Below, one piece after another: positions 1-9,492 of a DNA stretch of 64,000 nt. The translations under genes were made by a program, and so were the position numbers. Within the stretch, counting starts at the first letter, position 1, and each line of letters starts with the position of its first letter. Origin of the DNA: Fidelibacterota bacterium. GTDB taxonomy: Bacteria > Fidelibacterota > UBA8477 > JABMPR01. The notes under the pieces were generated by a model. That model had not been told where the DNA came from and searched no databases. It saw only the letters and a program-made list of their open reading frames with translations. The stretch spans positions 8,294 through 72,293 of the forward strand of contig JABMOS010000145.1 of the NCBI GenBank assembly GCA_013203185.1, read 5' to 3'.

Positions 1-920
1 TTTTGAAGCAGATAACGCCACAACCTATCAGGCAATCCGAAGGGTCTAATATTGGGTAAGAGCTTGCGAGAGTGTTCTACTACTACTTCCTCTAGTTGAG
101 TCAAAACGAGTTCATGATTGGGCTGATCCAGCCAATTCACTCTCACATCAAAAGTATAGTCATTTTCATTGAAGAATCTGGCTCCAAAAGCGGAAAGCTT
201 CAGAATAGCGGGACCACTGAATCCCCAGTGTGTAATGAGTAGGGGACCTCTTGTTTTTAAACTGGTACCAGGGATACTTACCAGAACGGGGTCTACGGCA
301 ACACCTGTCAGCTCAACAATGGATTCATCAGGCATATTAAATGTGAACAATGATGGTACCGGTTCAACAATGTTATGCCCAAGCTTTACCAACCACTCTA
401 AACCCTCAGATTTAGGTGATCCTCCACTTGCCACGATGACCTTATCAAAACTCCGGGGAGGTAAATCCTGTCTGGTAAAACTCAACTCAATTTGTTGGCC
501 TTTTTGAGTGAGGGTCTGAATTCCAGACCAATACTCACAGGCAATACCCTTTGCTTCAGTCTGGTCCATAAGACAATGAATGATGCTGGTGGAATCCTGG
601 GAGACTGGAAATACTCGCATATCATCCTGGACAAAGAGGGGTACACCCCTTGATTCAAACCACTCCATGGTGTGCTTGGTGTTAAAAATTTTTAACGCTT
701 TTTTCATGAGGGCTTTGCCTCGGGGATACCCGCTGGCCAGCACGCCGATAGATGTATTGCCATTGGTGACATTACATCTCCCGCCGCCAGATATCTTGAC
801 TTTGGCGAGGGAGAAATGTGTTTTCTCAAAAATAATCACGTCAGCGTCTGGATAATTATCTTTGACGGATATGGCTGAAAAATAACCTGCTGCTCCTCCC
901 CCAATGATGGCAACATTCAC
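1..920 (-). CDS. HI0933/YhiN (BaiN-like) family NAD(P)/FAD-dependent oxidoreductase; 3' end lies outside the window
   Basis: Absent from the ORF track because no stop falls in the window. Manual reverse-strand translation from GTG at 920 gives VNVAIIGGGAAGYFSAI (GxGxxG), KISGGGRCNVTN and THWGFSGPAILKLS, motifs I associate with this family. The + ORFs 169..507 and 580..855 are antisense shadows. Confidence 0.75.
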   Translation of the reverse strand, partial: MNVAIIGGGAAGYFSAISVKDNYPDADVIIFEKTHFSLAKVKISGGGRCNVTNGNTSIGVLASGYPRGKALMKKALKIFNTKHTMEWFESRGVPLFVQDDMRVFPVSQDSTSIIHCLMDQTEAKGIACEYWSGIQTLTQKGQQIELSFTRQDLPPRSFDKVIVASGGSPKSEGLEWLVKLGHNIVEPVPSLFTFNMPDESIVELTGVAVDPVLVSIPGTSLKTRGPLLITHWGFSGPAILKLSAFGARFFNENDYTFDVRVNWLDQPNHELVLTQLEEVVVEHSRKLLPNIRPFGLPDRLWRYLLQ

Positions 921-937
921 GTCAATATCCTTTACGG

Positions 938-1648
938 CTATTTGTTTAGAAGATACTGGAAGTAACTGGGAATCTTAGCTTCAAAGGTCATTCTTTGTTT
1001 TGTACCAGGGTGTTTGATATTGATGGAGCCTGCATGTAAAGTCAATCTTTTGATCCCCTTAGCACTATCACCATACACTTTATCTCCCGCTACAGGACAG
1101 TCAATATCGGCGAATTGAACGCGTATTTGATTTTTGCGGCCTGTGATCAGATCAATTTCAACCAGGCTATATCTTTTAGACTCCTGGAGAACCTTATAAC
1201 CTGTCTTGGCGAGTTTGCCCACTTTTTGATCCTCAGTGGAATACATTTTATGGACCACATTTTCAGCTAGATAGGAAGAAAGGACGCCTTCCTTCTCATC
1301 AAGATTCCCGTGAATCACTGCATAGTATTTTTTGCTGAAGTTTTTCCACTCTTCCTGCAAATAACGCTTATTCTTTTCACTTTTTGCAAAGACCAGGACG
1401 CCTGAAGTATCTCTATCTAAGCGGTGGACGATATAAATCCGTTTTCGAGATTTTGGGTTCCCCTTGCGGACATAATTATTCAAGACAAAATAGGCTGTTC
1501 TATCACTAGTTTTAGCGTTACTCATGGACAAGAGCCCACTCATCTTATCAACAACCAGAATATCGTCGTCTTCAAATAATATAGTGAGCCCACGCGGTTG
1601 ATGACGCTTGGAAGGTTTCTTGGTTTTCTTGGTTTCGAAGGGATCCAT
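938..1648 (-). CDS. RluA-family pseudouridine synthase
   Basis: 236-aa ORF with the catalytic HRLDRDTSG motif and the GRKNQIRVQ block typical of RluA/RluD-type synthases. Confidence 0.85.
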   Translation of the reverse strand: MDPFETKKTKKPSKRHQPRGLTILFEDDDILVVDKMSGLLSMSNAKTSDRTAYFVLNNYVRKGNPKSRKRIYIVHRLDRDTSGVLVFAKSEKNKRYLQEEWKNFSKKYYAVIHGNLDEKEGVLSSYLAENVVHKMYSTEDQKVGKLAKTGYKVLQESKRYSLVEIDLITGRKNQIRVQFADIDCPVAGDKVYGDSAKGIKRLTLHAGSINIKHPGTKQRMTFEAKIPSYFQYLLNK

Positions 1649-1675
1649 GGGTTTAAAAATTACCTTAATTTTACT

Positions 1676-2248
1676 TTAAGAAACAGAATGATCTTGAAAA
1701 TAATCCCGCTTGAAATACACATAAGCCACAAAACCCCACCATGCGAGCAGTGTGGCGACAACAGTCAGTGCAGAGGCCTGAGCTATTAAATCTTGTCCTC
1801 CTGCTCCCATCATATCACCATAGTCACTTAGCAGGCTTGAGCTGGATGTAACTTGACCATACATGATGAAAAGAAGCCTATCAACGGTGTAGATCAAGGT
1901 TCCCGTGAACATCATTTGAAAACCCCAGTGTTTTGCAGACCACAAACCCCACCCCATGCCTCCAAATACACCCAAGTACAAGAGGTGGTAAATCAAGGCA
2001 ACAAACCCGCTGCGATCGGCACCAAATAAGGATACAGGAGATCCAAGGGTGACGACTTCAATTAGAGCTGATATGAAGAAAAAGAAACCTGCGGTCCTCA
2101 AGGTAAAACGTGGCCCAAAGATACCCCCATCTCCAGTGTCTTTTTGGGGGGTAGGGGGTATCCACAAATCATTCTCTTTCATGGCTGAGCAATAGCGACA
2201 AATTATTGCATTATCCTGGATTTCTTCAGCACAGTACGGACATTTCAT
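1676..2248 (-). CDS. Zinc-ribbon membrane protein of unknown function
   Basis: N-terminal CPYC...CRYC zinc-ribbon followed by about 4 hydrophobic helices. No recognisable catalytic motif. Confidence 0.5.
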   Translation of the reverse strand: MKCPYCAEEIQDNAIICRYCSAMKENDLWIPPTPQKDTGDGGIFGPRFTLRTAGFFFFISALIEVVTLGSPVSLFGADRSGFVALIYHLLYLGVFGGMGWGLWSAKHWGFQMMFTGTLIYTVDRLLFIMYGQVTSSSSLLSDYGDMMGAGGQDLIAQASALTVVATLLAWWGFVAYVYFKRDYFQDHSVS

Positions 2249-2338
2249 GCATCACACCTCTTGTTTGGTAAGAGTATAATATTATTTCTCCATTTTCCTC
2301 AATGAAGCTTATCACCAAGTGGCAATTATAATTCCTTC

Positions 2339-2722
2339 TCAGCGACCTTTTATTTGAACAATATTGTAGGTATAGAGAAAGTTTGAGAACTCATAATCCA
2401 TTTTTAATTCAAAGTAGAATTCAGTAGAATAGCCAGGTTTTAAGGGTTCACGAACCACAAAATTCTGAGAAAGAAGCAGTTTCGAGGAATCCAGAGAATC
2501 ATTACCAGCGTATATTTCAAATTTAAAGACAGATGAAGTAATATTATGTTCACCATTATTCTGGATTTTACCCCTGATATAATCCCTATCCATGTTGACT
2601 TCAAAGTCACTGATCGCTACCTGGTTAAACTGATCCCGTGGGATGGAATCATCATCCATTTGGGAGCATGTTATAAGCAGAATTGCTGGTATCATTAGGA
2701 TTATTGCATGTGTTCTTGTCAA
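2339..2722 (-). CDS. Putative lipoprotein, function unknown
   Basis: Signal peptide ending in the lipobox LLITC. 127 aa. Sits in the co-directional gene array. Confidence 0.5.
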   Translation of the reverse strand: MTRTHAIILMIPAILLITCSQMDDDSIPRDQFNQVAISDFEVNMDRDYIRGKIQNNGEHNITSSVFKFEIYAGNDSLDSSKLLLSQNFVVREPLKPGYSTEFYFELKMDYEFSNFLYTYNIVQIKGR

Positions 2723-2731
2723 AAGCCAGCC

Positions 2732-3742
2732 TCAGGCATCTTTGATTTCTTCTCTGCCATCAGAATACCTGGCAAATCTGCCCTGCTCCACAGGATTAAC
2801 TGGGTCATGTCTGTCCCAGGGCCACCCTCCAAATTGTGTCGACCGAAAATCATCAAAGGCTTTCTGGATCTCAGCCTGGGTGTTCATGACAAAAGGCCCA
2901 TAGCGAACAACTGGCTCGGCAATAGGCCTGCCCTGCAGGAGCAGCATCCGTGATTGCTCGCCTCCATTTTTGATCTTGATTTCCTCAGGAGATGTAAGTT
3001 CCATAGCATGATATCCTGGCACTTTTTGACCTGCGATATTTATGGAGTTGCCCTCGTAGAAGTAAAGGTCCCGGTTCACACCTGCCTCGCTCGACGGAAG
3101 AATAAACTCGGCATTCGCCTCCAGTGTTATTACCCAAATCGCTACCTGGTTTTTTGAAGGGGCTGCCCAGGAGTCTGGTGCGGGAGCTGGAGCAGATGTA
3201 TTTTCAAATTTACCGGCAATCACCCGCGTTTCCGTTTTTCTACCTTCCTTGTCATGAGTTTGGATGACAGGAATAGATTCTGACCAGAGCATTTTAAATG
3301 CCGGTTCTGCCGCTTTTGAACGTGCTGGAAGATTTATCCAAATTTGAAAGAGTTCCATGGGATTTGGTTTATTATTATGGACGAGAGGGAACATCTCAGA
3401 ATGTTGGAGGCCTCTTCCTGCCGTCATCCATTGCACATCTCCATTGCCATAGCGACCTGCTGCTCCGGCTGAGTCATGGTGATCCACCAGGCCATCCAGG
3501 ACAACAGTCACTGTCTCAAACCCGCGATGGGGGTGTGCTGGGAAACCTGGTACCTGACTTCCGTGGTACATATTCCAACCATCTTTTTGGTCGAAATCCT
3601 GACCAATATTGCGTCCAGATAACGAAGCAGCTGGACCCATTTTTCCATCACCGACTGGGTAATCATCGTTGTGATGAACACAGAAAAGAAAGGGGTCTCT
3701 AGTTTCCCACATGAACCCCAGTGGTTTTATATTTTTAATCAT
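2732..3742 (-). CDS. Pirin-family bicupin protein
   Basis: HPHRGFETVTVVLDG...HHDS metal-binding cupin motif, with a second cupin half in the C-terminal part. Confidence 0.85.
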   Translation of the reverse strand: MIKNIKPLGFMWETRDPFLFCVHHNDDYPVGDGKMGPAASLSGRNIGQDFDQKDGWNMYHGSQVPGFPAHPHRGFETVTVVLDGLVDHHDSAGAAGRYGNGDVQWMTAGRGLQHSEMFPLVHNNKPNPMELFQIWINLPARSKAAEPAFKMLWSESIPVIQTHDKEGRKTETRVIAGKFENTSAPAPAPDSWAAPSKNQVAIWVITLEANAEFILPSSEAGVNRDLYFYEGNSINIAGQKVPGYHAMELTSPEEIKIKNGGEQSRMLLLQGRPIAEPVVRYGPFVMNTQAEIQKAFDDFRSTQFGGWPWDRHDPVNPVEQGRFARYSDGREEIKDA

Positions 3743-3862
3743 TATTCATTCCTTTTTATCCCCCGACTTACAATCACAACGACATTCAACTATACGCGTT
3801 GAATATTGTTCAGAAAACTATTCTTAAGGCCGTGAGATACAAGCTGGATTTGGAACCGAACC

Positions 3863-4228
3863 TTATTCTTTCGTCTCCGGCTTAGCCCAAACGGCGAATT
3901 CATTTCCATTGGGATCGGAAAAGTGAAAACGCCTTCCTCCTGGAAACGCATATATTGGCTTTAGAATATTACCGTTGGCCCGTTCTACCTTCACTAGTGT
4001 ATCCTCAAGTGCATCGCTAAAAAAGACGATTAGAACACTGCCTGAACTGGTCTCAGCTGTCAGGTCTGATTTAAAAAAGCCTACATCAATACCGGCATTG
4101 GCGCAGGCCACATAATCAGGACCATAATCGACAAATGACCAGTCAAAGGCCTCTCTGAAGAAGGCTTTGGTTTGCGCCATATTTTTTGCTGGGAATTCCA
4201 GATAATTGATTTTTTCATGATTACTCAT
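3863..4228 (-). CDS. VOC (glyoxalase/bleomycin-resistance/dioxygenase fold) family protein
   Basis: About 121 aa from ATG 4228 (MSNHEKINYLEFPA...); the ORF-track start at 4255 is a possible longer form. The ATG overlaps the upstream stop (ATGAGTAA), indicating translational coupling. The FxDPxGNxF-like block (FSDPNGNEFAVW) is typical of VOC proteins. Confidence 0.7.
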   Translation of the reverse strand: MSNHEKINYLEFPAKNMAQTKAFFREAFDWSFVDYGPDYVACANAGIDVGFFKSDLTAETSSGSVLIVFFSDALEDTLVKVERANGNILKPIYAFPGGRRFHFSDPNGNEFAVWAKPETKE

Positions 4229-5840
4229 GTGATACGCCTCCATAGGCAACACCACTCAGATCGGCCATCTCCCGTTTCCAGGTGGTGAGGTCATTATGAT
4301 TAAACTGATTCAAATGGCTGTGTCCACAGGCTCTAGCCATGACTTGCATGAGTTCAGTAGAAGCTCTGAAGAAGTTGTTAAGCTGCTGGGCACCTTTTTC
4401 AATTTTAATACGCGCTCTCAACTCAGGTTTCTGGGTGGCAATTCCCACGGGGCAGTTATTGGTATGGCAGGCACGCATCCCAAGACAACCAATGGCCTGT
4501 ATGGCACTGTTGGAAACAGCTATTGCATCTGCACCCAAAGCCATGGCTTTGATAAAGTCTGCTGGTAGGCGGAGTCCACCTGTGATAACCAGAGATATGT
4601 CCTGACGACCCTTCTGATCCAGATAGCGACGTGCGCGAGCCAAGGCAGGTATGGTTGGTACGGAGATATTATCTCTGAATATGAGTGGAGCTGCACCAGT
4701 TCCTCCGCCTCTACCATCCAGTATGATGTAATCCACACCGATGTCCAATGCTGCCTGAATATCCTTCTCAATGTGCTGGGCTGAAAGTTTTACACCGATG
4801 GGTATACCACCCGTCGCTTCTCTGACCTCCTCAGCAAATCGCTTATAGCCTCCTATGTCCTCCCAATCTGGAAAACGTGGGGGTGAAATTGCTGGTTCTC
4901 CTTCAGCCAGTCCACGCACTTTAGCAATTTTTCCTTGGACCTTATTCCCAGGGAGGTGACCACCTGTCCCTGTTTTAGCACCCTGCCCACACTTAAAGTG
5001 AAAAGCCTGACATTTTTGGACCTTATCCATGGAGTAGCCAAATCGAGCAGAAGCTAATTCGTAGAGATAACGGCTATTGGCTGCTTGTTCATCGGGGAGC
5101 ATGCCTCCCTCACCTGAGCAAATACCAGTTCCTGCCAACTCTGCCCCTTTTGCCAGGGAAACTTTGGCTTCCTCTGAGAGAGCTCCAAAACTCATATCTG
5201 AAACAAAGAGAGGTCGATCCAGAACCAGAGGTTTCTTTGCGTTGGGACCAATAATTACCTGGGTTCCAACGTCGGCATCATCCAAAAGAGGTAGCTTATA
5301 TAGCTGGGCAGTGAGCAATTGAATATCATTCCAACTGGGCAATTCCTGTCTTGGAACACCCATGGCGTCCACAGGTCCATGATGACCTGTTTCTCTGAGC
5401 CCCTTCTCTGCCAGATGCTGAATATATTGCGTGTGTGGTTCCTCTGGAGCTCCATGAATGTCTTGATATAGCCCTTGATAAGCTTCTCGATTATAGGGCT
5501 GAGGATTTTGATCTTCCCACTCTTTTATCTCATCTTCATCTACCCAGACTTGATCATTTTCAATCCATGATGAAAATTTATGGAGCTTTTCATCATTATT
5601 GTAGGCACTCACGCCTGACTTGTAGTTGTAATCCCAATTGTGGAGACCACAAATAAGATCATCCCCCTGAATGTGTCCATCTGCCAGCAAAGCGCCCCTG
5701 TGATGACATCTCCCATAGAGCACAGAGACCTCGTCTTTATCTTTAAATCGAGTAATGACCAGGTCGACTTTGGCCACCAGGGCATAGCTGGGTTCAAGAA
5801 TTTTTAACTCAGAAAATTTAGTAATTGAAATTTTATTCAT
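4221..5840 (-). CDS. Rieske [2Fe-2S] domain fused to a glutamate-synthase-type FMN domain (GltS-related protein)
   Basis: The N-terminus carries CHHRG...CGLHNWDY (CxH...CxxH Rieske ligands). The remainder matches the GltB FMN/central-domain pattern (GEGG, GAKTGTGGHLPG, DGRGGGTGAAP, ITGGLR). Confidence 0.8.
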   Translation of the reverse strand: MNKISITKFSELKILEPSYALVAKVDLVITRFKDKDEVSVLYGRCHHRGALLADGHIQGDDLICGLHNWDYNYKSGVSAYNNDEKLHKFSSWIENDQVWVDEDEIKEWEDQNPQPYNREAYQGLYQDIHGAPEEPHTQYIQHLAEKGLRETGHHGPVDAMGVPRQELPSWNDIQLLTAQLYKLPLLDDADVGTQVIIGPNAKKPLVLDRPLFVSDMSFGALSEEAKVSLAKGAELAGTGICSGEGGMLPDEQAANSRYLYELASARFGYSMDKVQKCQAFHFKCGQGAKTGTGGHLPGNKVQGKIAKVRGLAEGEPAISPPRFPDWEDIGGYKRFAEEVREATGGIPIGVKLSAQHIEKDIQAALDIGVDYIILDGRGGGTGAAPLIFRDNISVPTIPALARARRYLDQKGRQDISLVITGGLRLPADFIKAMALGADAIAVSNSAIQAIGCLGMRACHTNNCPVGIATQKPELRARIKIEKGAQQLNNFFRASTELMQVMARACGHSHLNQFNHNDLTTWKREMADLSGVAYGGVSHE

Positions 5841-5870
5841 AATATTGTCCTGTCGGTTTTAATCTTGGGC

Positions 5871-6275
5871 TTAATCTGGAGCAACAAGTTCTAACTTGAT
5901 GCGATCCGGGTCTTCAAAGAATATTGCATAATGATCCGATCCACCTGCGTGTGGGTATCGGTCATTGTATAAAATATTTACTCCCCTAGCCCCCAATAAC
6001 TTTCGAACTTGATCTACTTGATCAGTGGAATTGGCCCAGAAGGCAATATGGTTTAAGCCTGTTCCACATCTATGGTAGCTTTGATCCAGATATTTATCAG
6101 CAGTCTGTACAAATACGATATAGGTACTTCCCTGAAGAAAGCTGAAACCCTGCTCCCAGCTTTGAAATTCCTGATAACCTAAAAGACCTAAAAACCATTC
6201 ATAAAACTGCCTGGTCTGCTCAAGATTTGAAACATAAATCTCGATATGATGAAGCCCTGCATCTTTTGAATTCAT
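5871..6275 (-). CDS. VOC/glyoxalase family protein
   Basis: 134 aa; GLHHIEIYVSNLE...HIAF...FEDPDRIKLEL blocks typical of the VOC fold. Confidence 0.75.
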   Translation of the reverse strand: MNSKDAGLHHIEIYVSNLEQTRQFYEWFLGLLGYQEFQSWEQGFSFLQGSTYIVFVQTADKYLDQSYHRCGTGLNHIAFWANSTDQVDQVRKLLGARGVNILYNDRYPHAGGSDHYAIFFEDPDRIKLELVAPD

Positions 6276-6414
6276 AAGGTTTCAGCCCTTTCACACCAGG
6301 AGAATACTCAATGACTCTGGATGTTTATCTGTTTACGATCGACACGAAGAAAATAATACATTCTAGAAATTCTTGTGTCTTCAAGCTTACACAAAGTCTG
6401 GTAAAATAGATATT

Positions 6415-7584
6415 TTAGAATCCCATTAATCCACAACAGCGACTGCATTGAGGCAGGGTGCCTCCCTGTTTATTCAGAAGAATTCGGAATTCACGAAAGC
6501 GGTCATTATTCCATAACTCAAGTATGGGCGTTTCCTGAATATTTCCAACTTTTACGTCAATATAGTCGCGGCAGGTCACAACATCGCCATTAGGCATGAT
6601 ATCGATCATCAAATAGGGAGCAACACAAGGGCCGAAACCCAGGAAGTTTTCAGGTTCCTCATAATATGGAATGAGCTGTTCTGGTTTGATAAATGGCACG
6701 GGGAACCAACCAAAGGGATATTTCTTTTTAGCAATTTGTTCCAGGGATTCTTTTACCTTCGCCGTATTAATCAAAGTGTTTTGCCCGATATAAGATTTCC
6801 AGGTCGTGGCATCCACATCCATTTCCGTTTTAAGAATACTGGCGTGTTTTTCGCCAATTTCCTGGGTGGTGAACCACGAGAGATACAGAATAAGGCCATC
6901 AGGACCGAGTTGGGCTGCCGTATCAAACATTTCTGATAGGTGATCTTGATTGGTGGTAGATACTGTAGAGGAGAGCAAAAAGTAAGGGTCAGGTTTTCTA
7001 CCCCTTTCTTCAAGAAGCAATTTAATCCCACTCGCCGTTTTTTTAAAGGTTCCTGGAACCCCTCTGGCTTTATCATGAACCGCCTCTGGTCCGTCGAAAG
7101 AGCAGGTCAGCATATCCCATTTTTGTTCAACAATTTGTTTGGCATTGCGTTCAAGAGAGGCACCATTGGTGATCACATAGACATAGCAGCCCTTCTCTTT
7201 GATGTATGATGTAAGTTTGAAAAGGTCTTTGTATAAAAGGGCTTCCCCTCCAGTGATGTAGAAAATTGGCTTATAATGAGCTGTGTCATCTACTACTTTT
7301 TTGTAGTGTTCAAATTTTAACTCTGAAAGCAGGTAGTCACCCTCACCTTCATTCATGTACCCGGTGTCCCCAAACTGACCGCAAATGGCACATCTCTGAT
7401 TGCAGCGGTTGGTGATACGTAAACTGATTTGATAGGGCGGTCTTCGAGCAAAACCGGTCCCGGCTTTCAAGTCCCCCTGAACATGTAGGTGCTTCCGCCA
7501 GGCGGCTCTGGTAACAACAGGTAGGTATTTTAATCTTGGTGCCAGGGCTTTTGCGAACATTCCAATGGGAAGACGACTTAACAT
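6415..7584 (-). CDS. Radical SAM enzyme with C-terminal SPASM/twitch-type Cys cluster
   Basis: CNQRCAIC (CxxxCxxC) radical SAM motif at about residue 60. The C-terminal part is Cys-rich (CVAPY...CRDY...CSRCCG), consistent with auxiliary Fe-S cluster(s). Confidence 0.8.
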   Translation of the reverse strand: MLSRLPIGMFAKALAPRLKYLPVVTRAAWRKHLHVQGDLKAGTGFARRPPYQISLRITNRCNQRCAICGQFGDTGYMNEGEGDYLLSELKFEHYKKVVDDTAHYKPIFYITGGEALLYKDLFKLTSYIKEKGCYVYVITNGASLERNAKQIVEQKWDMLTCSFDGPEAVHDKARGVPGTFKKTASGIKLLLEERGRKPDPYFLLSSTVSTTNQDHLSEMFDTAAQLGPDGLILYLSWFTTQEIGEKHASILKTEMDVDATTWKSYIGQNTLINTAKVKESLEQIAKKKYPFGWFPVPFIKPEQLIPYYEEPENFLGFGPCVAPYLMIDIMPNGDVVTCRDYIDVKVGNIQETPILELWNNDRFREFRILLNKQGGTLPQCSRCCGLMGF

Positions 7585-7828
7585 ATACTGAATTCCTAAT
7601 CTATGACAATATCGATTCTTGAATGGAGCGTCGTATATTAGTATTTATCCTAATAAATCAGATAGAACGTTTTATTTTTTTGACGGTTCATGCAAAACTC
7701 CAAAATTGACCCTTTGCTATATTTGCCAAGAATTCTTTCTAATTCTCCCCGAATAATACTAGATTACAGACCGGCTCAAAAAGAAACTGACTAGAATTGA
7801 TCATATACATGTACTTGAGATTAAGACC

Positions 7829-9478
7829 ATGACATACAACTCCTTTTCCTTATCCGGAAATATTGTTGATGTTTTAAATCAGCGCATTTTTTTCGGAACT
7901 ATCCATGTCAAAGATGGCAGAATCAATTCTGTCATTGAAGAAGCTGTAACTGAAACACAATATATCCTACCTGGCCTTATTGATGCCCATATCCATATTG
8001 AAAGCTCTATGCTAGTTCCAACTGAATTTGCCCGGGCAGCTGTCATCCACGGTACCGTGGCAACCGTTTCAGACCCCCACGAAATTGCCAACGTTCTGGG
8101 GATGAGAGGCGTGGAATTTATGCTGGACAACGCAGGCCAAACCCCCTTCAAATTCCATTTTAGTGCGCCATCATGTGTGCCAGCGACTCCTTTTGAAACT
8201 GCAGGGGCTGAATTGTCAGCATGGGAGATCGAAATTCTGCTGGGACGACAGGACATTGTCAGTCTTTCGGAAATGATGAATGTACCCGGGGTTCTGAATG
8301 ATGCCGCTGATGTGACAGAAAAATTGAGATTGGCCAGAGTTGCCGGAAAGGTAGTTGACGGTCATGCCCCAGGATTGCGGGGTGGTGCTGTAAAAAAATA
8401 CATCGAGGCTGGTATTACAACTGATCACGAGTGTTTTAGTTTAGAGGAGGCATTGGAAAAGCTATCCCACGGAATGAAGGTGCAAATACGAGAAGGTTCA
8501 GCTGCCCGCAATCTTGATGATCTCATGTCCCTTCTTAATGAGCATTATAAAGAATGTATGCTATGTAGCGATGACAAGCACCCTGATGATTTGGCTGAAG
8601 GGCATATCAATGAGATGGTCAGACGAGCCATTGCAGCGGGAATAGACCCCCTAAAAGTGTTTTGGAGCGCAATGGTTACACCAATCAAAACTTATGGTCT
8701 TGATGTGGGGCTTCTACAGACAAATGATCCTGCTGATCTGATTGTCGTTGACAACCTTACTGATTTTAATGTCCTGAGCACTTTTATTGATGGGGTCATG
8801 GTTGCAGAAGAGGGTGCTACAAAGCTTGTCTCTCAATCCGTTTTAAATGTGAATCGCTTTGAAGCCGAAGTTCAAAATGCTTCAGATTTTAGAATCAAAA
8901 CCAGTCTTGTTGAAGTTCCTGTGATTGAGGTTATCAATGGCCAACTGGTCACAAAGAAATACATGTGGCATCCAGAGCTTGACTCAGATGACTTTATCAA
9001 GACAAATACGGATGAGGACATCTTGAAAATCGCTGTATTGAATCGCTATTCGCTTTCAAAACCTGCAGTTGCCTTAATTCGGAATTTTGGGCTGAAAGAA
9101 GGTGCCATCGCGTCCTCTGTTGCCCACGATTCACACAATATTGTGGCCGTTGGCACCTCAGATGAGAGCCTGGCGAGGGCCATCAACTTGATCATTGAAA
9201 ACAAAGGGGGCATTTCAGCTGTCACCCAAATGAGTGAACATGTGCTGCCTCTGCCCATAGCTGGGATCATGAGTGATGACGATGCCTTCAAGGTAGGTAA
9301 ACGTTATGGCGAGATGGATGATCTTGCTAAAGAAATGGGCTCACAGCTAAGCGCACCATATATGACCCTTTCATTTATGGCCCTCCTGGTAATCCCTGAT
9401 ATCAAGCTTAGTGATAAAGGTCTTTTTGATGGTGAGGCCTTTGAATTCATGGATGTCTTTGAATCAAATGTGGGATGA
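7829..9478 (+). CDS. ade: Adenine deaminase
   Basis: 549 aa. LPGLIDAHIHIESS metal-binding motif and overall length and organisation match AdeC-type adenine deaminases. Confidence 0.85.
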   Translation: MTYNSFSLSGNIVDVLNQRIFFGTIHVKDGRINSVIEEAVTETQYILPGLIDAHIHIESSMLVPTEFARAAVIHGTVATVSDPHEIANVLGMRGVEFMLDNAGQTPFKFHFSAPSCVPATPFETAGAELSAWEIEILLGRQDIVSLSEMMNVPGVLNDAADVTEKLRLARVAGKVVDGHAPGLRGGAVKKYIEAGITTDHECFSLEEALEKLSHGMKVQIREGSAARNLDDLMSLLNEHYKECMLCSDDKHPDDLAEGHINEMVRRAIAAGIDPLKVFWSAMVTPIKTYGLDVGLLQTNDPADLIVVDNLTDFNVLSTFIDGVMVAEEGATKLVSQSVLNVNRFEAEVQNASDFRIKTSLVEVPVIEVINGQLVTKKYMWHPELDSDDFIKTNTDEDILKIAVLNRYSLSKPAVALIRNFGLKEGAIASSVAHDSHNIVAVGTSDESLARAINLIIENKGGISAVTQMSEHVLPLPIAGIMSDDDAFKVGKRYGEMDDLAKEMGSQLSAPYMTLSFMALLVIPDIKLSDKGLFDGEAFEFMDVFESNVG

Positions 9479-9492
9479 TGGATTTATTTTAT

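Noticed and set aside
169-855. The + strand ORFs 169..507 and 580..855.
   Set aside because: They lie antisense to a continuous minus-strand reading frame with clear HI0933-family flavoprotein motifs, and their products are low-complexity with no motifs.
6330-6372. The hairpin CGACACGAAGAA...TTCTTGTGTC between the radical SAM and VOC genes, considered as a fifth GxxExxY-type arm pair.
   Set aside because: There is only one word per side and no periodic repeat structure. It is more simply an inter-cistronic or terminator hairpin. I list it here in case a genome-wide arm search says otherwise.
7585-7828. A purine riboswitch or other leader RNA upstream of adenine deaminase and the xdh genes.
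   Set aside because: I could not find the conserved purine-riboswitch junction sequences by eye. The region is AT-rich and looks like a divergent promoter. A covariance-model scan would be needed to be sure.
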